Source: Camelus dromedarius
Lineage: Eukaryota
DNA length: 64,000 nucleotides
Direction: 5' to 3'
Assembly (NCBI RefSeq): GCF_036321535.1
Contig: NC_087472.1
Span: 97,156,001 to 97,220,000, forward strand
Shown here: positions 27,100 to 37,544 of the stretch, one piece after another
Position numbering within the stretch: position 1 is the first letter of the stretch
How the letters are laid out: each line of letters opens with the position of its first letter
Notes under the pieces: model-generated
Databases searched by the model: none
What the model was told of the DNA's origin: nothing
Seen by the model: the letters and a program-made list of their open reading frames with translations, nothing else
Position numbers and translations under genes: made by a program

Positions 27100-27360
27100 A
27101 ACCAGAAAGTCATGAAAGTTATTGAATGATCTGATTCATTGACTGACACTTTTACTGTCTTGTATTGTTGCTACTCTACAGCGTGGGAGAGATGGTGCAG
27201 TTATAGTGTCTAAAATCTGGCATATATTGGTTTGACTTTGCCTGGTGTCACCATGAAGGGAAGTCATTACAGAACAGTGAGAGTATAAATGGGAGTTAGC
27301 ATCAAACACTCCATGAGGAGGGTTCTATTTCTAGAACTGTTTACAGTATGTAAGGCCTGC
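27100..27360 (-). pseudogene. EBLL segment (L N-terminal region)
   Basis: Open frame ...HLYSHCSVMTSL...NICQILDTITAPSLP (27228-27184) in register with recalled BoDV-1 HLLIASVVQGAL...HIINMIDIIDSINLP. Confidence 0.65.
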
Positions 27361-27369
27361 TTCTTTCAT

Positions 27370-27525
27370 TTTTCTATGCTGTCATCCTTGTGCTTACCCG
27401 TGTTTTGAATTCATCTTCCATGTTTCTAAGTGCTTCCTCCCCACCCCCCATTCCAGACTAGATCCTCTGTCTTGACAGGAACTACCTATTGTGAAATGCC
27501 CAGGACTTAGTCCATCATGAATGAC
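27370..27525 (+). mobile_element. L2-like fragment interrupting the EBLL
   Basis: cttcctccccac..ccagactagatcctc..gacaggaactac..gcccaggacttag..atgaatga resembles an L2 3' end. Confidence 0.5.
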
Positions 27526-27725
27526 TAGCTGTTGTATGCCAGTGGTTTGTGGTAGGGTTACAAGATTTTATCCATTAGGAGATGAAGTTACCAAGACCTG
27601 AGTGATGTGTTAACATCCCATCAAAGCCAACTGTCGTTCAGGATTAGGGTACACATGTGGAGGTTGATTAAACATCTAAAGAGTCAGGGCAGAAGCACCT
27701 TATATGACAAGCTAATTCTTAGAGA
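27526..27725 (-). pseudogene. EBLL segment (L N-terminal region)
   Basis: LFRCLI / PPHVYP (27683-27646) versus recalled LFRQVVLPPEVYP; HITQVLVTS (27609-27583) versus AILTVIVSA. Confidence 0.75.
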
Positions 27726-27821
27726 TCACTTGCTAATGTATTTGAATAGCCTATTTATTCTCACACTCCTGTAATTTGGTTTATTAATAATCTCATATTA
27801 CTAAGGGAGTATGTAAATTTC

Positions 27822-28835
27822 ATAGTGTTGCTAGATAAAATACAGGATACCTGGTTATATTTGCTTTTCAGATAAACAACAAAAAAACTTAATTATTTTT
27901 CAATAAGAATATACCAGATATGTTCCAGTATAAGTATGCCTCTGTGGGTTCGTCACCAGTTGTGGGTTCTGGCCAGCAGAAGTCCCACCGAAACGGAATG
28001 AATTACTCAAGACTCTGTTGTAAAGTCAAGAGAGCGAGAGGGAGTCGGGAGCCAACTCCACGAACCTCTCAAATGCTCCCATATTTATTGTGTACAATCA
28101 AAGGGGAAATCACTGACAATTGTGTGATGGAATGCAGGAATTTAGGGAAAGACAGGGTGGGATCTAGATTGTAGAGTCTGGCTCAAAGTCAGAAGACCCT
28201 TTATGTTTTGGTAAGTCATGTTCTTGTTGACATCAGCGAGCCTTACAGCTTATCAGGGCGGAACGTCTGAGAAGAAGCTGCTTAACATTTTTCTTGGACT
28301 CAGGTGGCTGTGCCTGTCTTAGGTTGCCCCCCTCTAGGGGTGTTACCCGTCATTGGCTAACCAGCCTTCTCACCTCTGAGTCTGCAGCTTTTTATAACTT
28401 GTTTACCATTCCAGCCCAAGACTCATTCCTTTGGGGGCCTACAGTTTACCTTTAGGGAAGTCATGGGAAGAGGGGAGCAAGATACATTCTTATAGATATG
28501 TTAAAGCAGACCACCAGCCCAGCCAGTTCCTTGCTTTGGGGATAGAAGACTATCTAACAGCAGGCACGCCCAGCGCTTACAGCCAAGGGTCTGGGTCCTT
28601 GCTTTGCAAGGAGCAGAGTGCTATCTAAAACCTCAACTGTGCAAGCAAGGCAGTTACTAAGTACATTTGCTCTTCTTTAAGGAGACAAGCGGCTGGGGTC
28701 TGTTAGAATTTGTTAACTCAATCATGGGCTCCCACGTGCCTCAAATACTACATGGGCGATATATGCAAATTATTGTTTATCTGAAATTCAAATTTAACTG
28801 GTTATCTTAGATTTTCATTAGTTAAATCTGCCCTA
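27822..28835. mobile_element. MER53 split by an ERV LTR, itself inside a probable MIR (about 27725-28930)
   Basis: Left half gttgctagataaaatacagga...tcagataaacaac; right half ttgtttatctgaaattcaaatttaactgg...aaatctgccct; degenerate MIR-like sequence on both flanks. Confidence 0.8.
27943..28736 (-). mobile_element. Young solo LTR, class II (ERVK/betaretrovirus-like), 794 bp
   Basis: Termini TGTGGG ... CCCACG (CA>CG), perfect 6-bp TSD tgcctc at 27937-27942 and 28737-28742; minus-strand TATAAAA (28390-28396) and AATAAA (28084-28089); CpGs retained. Confidence 0.85.
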
Positions 28836-28934
28836 AACTTTGAGTACTGTACTTTGCTTACAAAGTAGCGAATGCTAAACTTGAAAGTAGTTCTGATAGA
28901 TTTCAAAGCTTGTTCTCTTAACCTTTTAAGTTGT

Positions 28935-29170
28935 TGCCCGTTTTTCCAGTTGTGTGGATTTGGCCAACGTGGGAGAGGCTAAGGCTTGGCATGTGAGTGT
29001 CCAGAGGTCAGTGTAGATACTGGATTTATACCAGCAAGATTACTGTGCATCTAATGAACGCCTAACTGATTCATGCAGGATTATCTGTGGGCCTTGGAGG
29101 GGGTGTCTTTTCTGGTTGACAACTTGAACCTTATTTAGGTTTCTAAACCCTAGTTTTGCCATCTGCCTTC
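28935..29170 (-). pseudogene. EBLL segment: extreme L N-terminus, possible G/L junction
   Basis: LAGIN (AGIN at 29035-29024; recalled VAGIN), SLSHVGQI (28980-28957; SLPHHVRALGQI), RHPLQGPQI (29108-29082; KNPLLGTEV); register is ambiguous. Confidence 0.5.
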
Positions 29171-29796
29171 CCTAACTTTCATTCTTAAATTTATTGAGAT
29201 AATTTACATACCATAAAATTTACTAGGATATTATGGGTGAAGTTTTACTAAAATTGAAAGGAACAGACAACCCTCTTTAAGATTTGCTGTAGAATATATT
29301 TGAAGGAAAATTCATAAAACTCATTTTACATGGCTATAACTAAAGCCCATATGTCAACCCAAAACCATAGGCCAATCTCATTTAGGAACATTGATACAAA
29401 AACTCCAATAAAAAATTGGATAAATGGCAAAGCTGTAAAAATCAAATGGGAATTTATACCAGGAATACAAGAATGTTCAAACATCATAGAAGCTATCAGT
29501 GGGATTCACTGCATTAGCAAATTAAAATAAAATAGGTGTATACATTTCCGCAATCAATGGAAAAGAAAAAATTTTAAAACTCATTAGTGACAAAATCTCA
29601 TAGTAAAAGAAAGTGAGCAAACATCATAATTCATGCTGACATTTAAGAAGTATTCCCGTTGAGGTTGGGTCTGGGACATCATGAATAATGTCTCCATTTT
29701 TCCTACTTGATATCGTACTAGAGGACTTATAATTGAATAAAACAGGAGAAAGAGAAGTGTAAGCACTTAAAAGTTAAGAGAAGCCCAAACTTTCAT

Positions 29797-30224
29797 TATA
29801 GTTCTTATTGGCTAAAGATAGGGCTACCTCTTGATAAATTCCTTTTAGGTTGAAAATAATGTTTAGTCGAAAATGCATAGAATACACCTACTACTGATCA
29901 TCATAGCTTAGCCTCGCCTACCTTAAACTTGCTGAGAACACTTACAGTAGCCTATGGTTGGGCAAATTGTCTAACACAAAGACTTTTATAGTAGTTTGAC
30001 ATCTCACATAATTTATTGACTATTGAATCTGTTGTTTACCCTCGTGATGGCGGGTTTACCTTCGTGCCCAGCATCACGGGACAGTATCGTACTGCATTTC
30101 GCTTGCCTAGGAAAAGATCAAAATTCAAAACTCGGAAGTACGGTTTCTATTGAATGTGTTTGCTTTCACACCATTGTAAAGCCAAAAAACTAAGTCGAAT
30201 CATTGTAAGTTGGAGACTGTCTGT
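29797..30224. mobile_element. MER47/Tigger5-like TcMar-Tigger element
   Basis: catcatagcttagcctcgcctaccttaaac ... aagtacggtttctattgaatg ... cattgtaagttggagactgtctg-TA. Confidence 0.75.
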
Positions 30225-30395
30225 ATTTCCAGACTTATAATAGAAAATCCAAGAGGATAAACTCATACTATAAAACTAACAATAGTTAAGGTAGGTTTCT
30301 TGAGATAAGAACAGTATAAAAAAACTAATAATGGTGTAACCAGCAGTAACCAATTAAAGAAAAAAGATCCTTTACAGTATAACAAGAACAAACAA

Positions 30396-30495
30396 GGGGA
30401 GAGGATGTAGCTCAGTGGTAGAGTGTATGCCTAGCATGCATGAGGTCCTGGGTTCAATCCCCAGTATCTCCATTAAAGTAAATTTAAAAAAAAAA
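30396..30495 (+). mobile_element. Vic-1-like camelid SINE
   Basis: ggggagaggatgtagctcagtggtagag ... gaggtcctgggttcaatccccagta followed by an A tail. Confidence 0.85.
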
Positions 30496-32044
30496 CCTGG
30501 TAAAACTACAAATGTAGCAAAATATATAGAAGATCTTTAAGGAAAAAAAACTTTATTGAAGGAGATAAAAATTTAAATAAATGGAGATTACAAGCAACAT
30601 TACTCAACTGGAACGCTCAATATTATTAAAGATGTCAGTTCACTACAGATTCATCTATGAATTCATTGTAATACCAAAAGTCCCACTGAGATTTTTAATT
30701 GAACTCACCAAACAGATTGTGAAATCCTTATAGGATAGTAAATGAATAGAAAAGATGTTTGTAAAAAGAACTTCCCAAACATTAGGACATATGATGCAGC
30801 TGTTGCAATTAGCTGTTGGTGCAGGAAGAGACAAATTGATCATAGGACCTAGAAAGAAATGGAAAATTGTTCTATGAGGGAGGTGACATTAAAAATCCAA
30901 GAAGAAATGATGGATCATTTAATAAATCATGCTGGGAAAATTACTTTCATATGAAAAAATAGACTGCTTCATAAAAATTCATGAAATAAAAATTGTTCCT
31001 AAAAATAATTCCAGAGGAATTAAATGTTTAAGTTAAAGAAACTTTAAAATATTCACAAGAAATTGTAGAATCATATCTTGATGACCATGGAGAGTGGAAG
31101 ACTTGTGAAAATACATATCACTAAAAGCACAAAGCATAGAAGGAAGAGAATAAATTTAACTTTATGAACATGGAGACTTTGGCAAATCAAAGGACACTGT
31201 TATACACAAAACTGACAGGTAACAGATGAGGAGAAGGTACTTTTAGCCTATGTAACAAAGGATTAGTATCCAAAAATGCATATAGAACACCTATTCCTTA
31301 ATAAAAGGAAGAAAATATAATAGAAACACAAGCAAAGACTGCATAGAGGGAATTCGGACAAATTCAAGTGTTTAACACAATATGTGAAAGTTCATATTCA
31401 CTATGAACTGTCATTTTTTCATTCATCAGAATGACCAAACTATTGAGTCTGAAAATACTGAGAATATGAGGAAAACGGTCCTCTCAGGCACACTGCTGGT
31501 GAGAGTATAAAATGGTAGAGCCCCTTTGGAAAGGCTTTTGCCAATCTGATTTACAAGTGTACCTGTACTCTCATGACTTGGAAGTTCCACCTCAAAGTGT
31601 ACACCTTACACATGCACACTGGTGCACAAGGAGGGATGAAGGATGTTCATCTCAGGTCCATTTGTATGAATAAAATAAGAAACCCCATAAATAACTGTTT
31701 AGAGAAAAATAAACAAGATGGAATAACAAACTGAAGTTAAAAGGCAAAGAAGTAGATCTCTCCATACAATCAATGTGGTCACATGCCCAAGAGATAGGCT
31801 TTACAATGAACTTACAGTGGTGGTTGCTCAGTGAAAGAGGACTTAACGGATGTGATTGAGGCTGGAGGGACAAGGGGATTTTGTGTGTATTTAACAAAGG
31901 GTACGTATGAATATAATTTTGGCATGGTGAAAATACATATGCTTAGGAAAAGTGCAAAATTAAAAGTAGATTGAATTTATAAACTGCTTTTCCTTGCATT
32001 ATGTCATTTGAGCTCTACACTGCCTTTAGAAATAGGCATTAATT

Positions 32045-34234
32045 ACCACACTTAAATGGAAAATTAATCTATAACAAAGGAAAGAGTATATAATGGGGAA
32101 AAGATGGCCTCTTCAATAAATGGTGTTGAGAAAACTGGATAGCTACATGCAAAAGAATCAGACTGGACTACTTTCTCATACAATATACCGAAATAAACTC
32201 AAAATGGATTAAAGACTTCAGTGCAAAACCTGAAACCATAAAACTTCTAGAAGAAAACAAAGGTAGTATGCTATTTGATGTGGGTCTTAGCAAAATTTTT
32301 TTTTTACATATGTGTCCTCCAGTGAGGGAAACAAAAGCAAAAATAAACAAATGGGACTATACCAAACTAAAAAGCTTTTGAACAGTGAAGGAAGCTAGCA
32401 ACAGAACAAAAAGGCCTTCTATTGAATGAGAGAAGGTATGTGTAAATGATATATCTAACAAGGAGTTAATGTACAAAATAGACAAAGAACTCAGACAATT
32501 CAACATGAAAAAAAAAAAACCTGGTTAAAAAATGGGCAGAGGACTTTATGAGACATTTTCCCAAAGAAGACGTACAGATGGTCAACAGGCGTACAGAAGG
32601 ATGCTCAACATCACTAATCATTAGGGAAATGCAAAGTGAAACTGCAATGAGATATCCCCTCATGCCCATTAGAATGGTTATTATCAAAAAGACAGGTATT
32701 GGCGAGGATGTGGAAAAAAGGGAACCCTTATGCATTGTCGGTGGGTATGTGAATTGGTGCAGCCGCTGTGGAAAACGGTATGGAGATTCCTCAAAAAATT
32801 CAAAATAAGACTACCATACAATCTAGCAATACTGTTCCTGGTTATCTGAAAATGAAAACACTTATTCGAAAAGATACATGCATCGCTATGTTCATTGCAG
32901 CATTATTTACAGTAGCCAGGATATGGAAGCAAACTAAATGTCCATTAGTAGATGAATGGTTAAAGAAGATGTGGTGTGTGTGTATACATATTGTGTGTGT
33001 ATACATGTATATATGTATACACACAAAATGGAATACTATTCAGGCTTTAAAAAGATTGAAATACTGCCATTTGCCACAACATAGATGGCCCTAAAGATGA
33101 TCATACTAAGTGAAGTAAGTCAGGTGAAGAAAGACAAATATTATATATCACTTATATCTGGAATCTAAGAAAATAATACAAATGAACTTATTTATAAAAC
33201 AGAGATAGACTCAGAGATAGAAAACAAAGTTATGGTTACCAAAGAAGAAAGGAGGTGGGAGGGATAAATTAGGCATATGGGATTAACAGATACCACTATA
33301 TATAAAACACATAAAAAGCAAGGATTTACTGGGGAACTACATTCAATATCTTGTAATAACCCATAATGGAAAAGAATATGAAAAAATATAAAACTGAATC
33401 ACACACACACATACACACACAATGAATATTAGTCATTAAAAGAAATCTTGCCATGTGCAACAACAAGGATGGACCTAGAGGGTAATATTCTAAGTGAAAT
33501 AAGTCAGAAACAAATACTGTATGATTTCACTTATGTGGAATGTAAAAAACAAAATAAATGAACAAATAATAAAACAAACCAAGTCATAGATACAGAGAAC
33601 AAACAAGTGGTTTCTAAAGGGGAGGGTGATTGGGGGAGGAGAGAAATAAGTGAGGGAAATTAAGGTACCAACTTTCAGTTATAAAATAAATGAGTCACAG
33701 GTATGAAATGTATAGTACAGAGAATATAGTCAATAACTATGTAATATCTTGGCATGGTGACATCGTAACTAGACTTACCATGGTAATTTTCATATGTATA
33801 GAAATACAGAATCACTGTATCGTTTTTCCAGGAGCTAATATAAGTGTGGTGGGTCAATTAAACTTCAGAATCAAACAAATTCATAGAAGAAGAAATCAGA
33901 TTTGTGGTTATCAGAGGCAGGGAGAGGGTGGTAGGGGAGGGGGAATTGGATAAAGGCAGTGAAAAGTACTAGGGATATAATAGACCACATGGTAAAATAA
34001 CACTGTTGGATATAATATATGAAAGTTAAGAGTAAATCCTGTGAGTTCTCATCACAAGGAAATTTTGTATCTATATGATTTTGTATCTATATGAGATGAT
34101 GAATGTTCATTAAATTTATTGTAATTTTATGATGTATATAAGTCAAATCATGATGCTGTACACCTTAACATTTATCAGTGCTATATGTGAATTATATCTT
34201 AAATGAGAAGAAAAAATATCTAAGAGGGAAAAAA
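32045..34234 (+). mobile_element. 5'-truncated L1 with a composite 3' end, inserted in a MIR
   Basis: ORF2 C-terminal remnants (RHFPKEDVQM, MFIAALFTVARIWKQTKCP); TSD agaaataggc(a/t)ttaatt at 32028-32044 and 34235-34251; MIR halves on both flanks. Confidence 0.88.
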
Positions 34235-34329
34235 AGAAATAGGCTTTAATTGTTTTTATGTTCCAGATGAGAAAATGGAAGCTCAGGGTGTCACATAACA
34301 TGACTCAGAGGCAGTAGCTCGCAAGACCC

Positions 34330-34600
34330 CCAACCTCCAGGAACCATTCTCCTGACCCTAGCTGTGGAGTTGGGTTTCAAAACTGTACTCTCACCTGGTT
34401 TCCATGACGATTGGGTACCTCCCTGGGTGGGGCTGTGCTGACCAATGGGAACCAAGTTGAGCGGTCAATATAGAGGCTAAACTTCCAGCACCCTTTTATC
34501 ATTCAACCAGTTCCAGCAGAAACGACTGTTGGCAACAAACAGTGGTTGATAAAAGAAATTTGCCTGGTTTCTCTTTATACTTTACTTTGCCAGATTTCAA
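34330..34600 (-). pseudogene. Possible bornavirus-like glycoprotein (EBLG) remnant
   Basis: IWQS (34595-34584); NQANFFYQPL..NSR..WLNDKRVLE..P..*PLNLV.IG; GTQSSWKP (to 34396), versus recalled BoDV-1 G VWQC, NESTYYPPV..NGR..FLNDEGRLQ..P..RPGLKRV..FG, GTVGSGVKP. Short and weak. Confidence 0.35.
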
Positions 34601-35994
34601 AAATGTCAAAAAGAAAGAAGTGTGGTAATAACAACAAACATTGGTGAGAGTTGGCACAACATAATTGTGGTATTATTTTTAAGAAGCAATTAAAATTGCT
34701 TCTGGGAGAAGGCAGGGAAAGAGGAGAAAAGCTGAGCTCGTATTTCTAGATGGCAAAAAGCAGCTTGGGAAGAGAAGCTGGCTAGTTGGTCACCATGTTT
34801 AACTCTTAAGTAATGTATTTCTTACATTTGAGCCTGATCACCTTCAGTAAGAAGTGTATATAAGTTTTTATCAGTAAAGGAGATGCCTCTAGAAAGATTC
34901 TGTACTTATTAAAGTATAAGTTAGTATAGGAAAAATTATATATATGAAAATTTTTAAGTTATAGTGCATCTAAAACAAGAACACTTTTGACTAGTAAGAA
35001 GTTTTCTATAATACTCTATAATTGTACATTGTTTGACCAAAGACCTTGGAAATGAAAGATAAAGGGCAGAATTAAGTGAATGTAGAGTGTGGTAATATCT
35101 CCTTGGACCATATACCTACATACAATCTCAATTTTTTTGAGAATAAGGGAAATTTTTTTACTCCAGAGTTTCACATAGTCAATTAGCACATCAATTTTTA
35201 GACCTAAGAAAATATTTTAAGGGAAAATATATATTGGTATGAGCTGCTTCTTATCAGTGTCCTAATAAAAGATTTTTCATCTATAACGTTTGCTAGAGAA
35301 AAGTGGCCACACAATGTTTGGAATGCGAGAATAATTCACCAACTATGACTTTAGTTAAATACAATTTTTATTTCAATTTAAATGACCACTTATAATACAT
35401 GGAAAAAATGATATATAATCAGTAGTACAAGCCAAGACTTGTCAATGAATAATGCAGAGCACCTTATAAATGTGAAAGAAGTATAGTTAATGAAAAGAAT
35501 ATAAAATTTATTTTAGAGTAGAAGTAAGTACTGTATTAGTACCTGGCACAAAGTAATTAAAAAACATGCCATCTCATGAATAAAGTATTGGAAAGTGAGA
35601 GAGAAATTGTAAGATATAACCTGGAATGATAAATGAAGAATTGAGATTTTTTTGAACAAATTATGTGTCTTAATTATTTACAAATAGGGGACATTTTGAG
35701 GTATATAATACGTATGGATTATCTGAAAGAGGAAGTTAATTTTTGCTGAGTAACTCATTTATTAAGACGTATTAATTAGTTCAAGTAACTTTTTTGAGAA
35801 GCAACTCTGTTCATGGAGTTGAATTGGAGGACAAAGGTGAACAATATAGAGTCCCCCCCGTCCCACAAAAACCTCATACTTAGTAGGGGAAATTCTTTTA
35901 GATACAAATGTTCGTAATTCAATGTGGTAAACATAAATCCTATGGCTTCCCCACTTAATGCGAAACAAGTTAACAAGTTTGGAGCATTCACTTT

Positions 35995-36115
35995 TTTAGG
36001 GGGCGGTAATTAGGTTTATTTATTTATTTATTTTTAACGGAAGTACTGGGGATTGATCCAAGGACCTCTTGAATGCTAAGCATGTGCTCTACCACTGAGC
36101 TATACCCGGCCCCTC
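35995..36115 (-). mobile_element. Vic-1-like camelid SINE
   Basis: Reverse SINE (gtactggggattgatccaaggacc ... ctctaccactgagctatacc); degenerate TSD at 35979-35994 and 36116-36131. Confidence 0.85.
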
Positions 36116-36755
36116 TTAGAGCGTTCATTTTAAAGCCCCAATTCCATAGTTTGACATTCCAGACCCTTCTTGTATATCTATTCAGAGTTTCTTTCCCAAC
36201 ACCCCACCCTTTCTCCCACAGCCCCTCCCTTTTGCCTCCCTGTCAACATGCAAAGTCTTCTTTAGTCACAGTAATCCTCTCATCGTTCTCTCACCTTAAC
36301 TTTCTCTTTCATATTTGTATGGCTTGGCACATGCTTGTTCTCTCCACCCAACTCCCGTCTTAAATTCAAGTGAGTGCCTACTGTTCTTCAAGACAACTTA
36401 AAACACCATCTTTTCTGAAGCCTTCCCTGACAACTCAGCTTGGTTACAGCAATAATTTCCTTAAATTACAATTTTTTGTTTGCTTGTCTGACACCTCCAC
36501 TAGGCTGTGAATCCAGGAGGGTAGAAGTCATATTCATTTTCTTCCACTGTCTAACAGTGTTTGGCATACATTTAGAGTTTACTAAATGCTTGCAGAAAGA
36601 AGAAATGGCATGCAATAATGGAATACACAGAGGGGTTAGGATAATTTCTATCAAGCTTTTTGCCCAAGAGCATGCAGCCAGTGCTTGTACTCCCTAAAAG
36701 TTTCTCTTGGCTGAGGATGAAGATAATGGATTTGGTGTCACTGTGTGGGAATAGA

Positions 36756-37423
36756 TGTCAAAAACTGAAGGGTCTGAGATTTTTCCTTGCTTGCAAGCTC
36801 ACAAGGGAGCCTCCCATAGTTTCATGGATGCCGAAAGAAATATCAGGCTCCTCAGCCAGAGAAGGACTACATTATTCACAGTACAGTTGTCAGTATGAGC
36901 TTCCTGTTGGCACCAGTTCCATAAAGGTGACACAGAAGTGGGCCTGGGTGGATGTTGCACACACAGTGGGTTTGCATCCCAGGTTAGGAGCCCTGAACAT
37001 AGAAAACAATGTCTTTGAAAGGGAGCTGTTAGCAAACTTGCCCAGCCTTTGCCCCAAAGGGAGATAATACCTTTGTTATCCTGGAGAGCAAACACATCCG
37101 CCCTCTGCTCTGAAGGGGCACCCTATTTCTGTCTTTCAAGGCTGTCTGCCAAATATTTCCAGGGCTAGGTTGAGGCAAGTGAGGTACCTAAGGTACAACA
37201 TTTAAGGAGGTACTCACTCAAATACTGACCTTGCACTTGGACAACTCTGAGAATGAGTGTCTTTCAACTTGGAACCGTCTGTGCTATGTTTGCTTCACCT
37301 TAGTCCTGGCTCAGTTATATACAAATATCCCTGGAAAGATAGTCTGGAACAAAATCTCTCAGTGCTTTTGCTCAGAGGACATGCCAGGATGTGAGATACT
37401 CATGGACAATTGTTTCCCAACCA
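36756..37423 (-). mobile_element. ERVL-class LTR (MER74/LTR53-like) containing a MER91-like hAT MITE (about 37160-37314)
   Basis: tgtcaaaaactgaagggtctgagatt..tgcaagct..agtttcatggatgc; inner palindromic cagggctagg..aaggaggtactcactc..ttagtcctggc. Confidence 0.6.
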
Positions 37424-37544
37424 TATGTAATTCGCTAGATATAAACACATGATGTTTAAATGCCTCTCACCTTTGAACCTGTTAACAGGGCCTCTGATGC
37501 TAATACGTTAGAAATGACTGCAAAAATCCTTAGTTTTCAAAGAT

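Larger units (their letters stand above)
29225..31960 (+). mobile_element. Very old L1 (L1ME-type) ORF2/3' region
   Basis: Decayed RT (NHRPISFRNIDTK, WEFIPGIQECSNI) and later ORF2/3' motifs; hosts a Tigger MITE and a SINE. Confidence 0.75.

Noticed and set aside
30396..30475. tRNA gene (A and B boxes present)
   Set aside because: Has an A-rich tail and several diverged copies in the window; it is a tRNA-derived SINE.
35050..35760. Possible hAT-Tip100-like transposase remnant in AT-rich sequence
   Set aside because: Only faint motif hints and no TIRs found; too weak to list as a feature.
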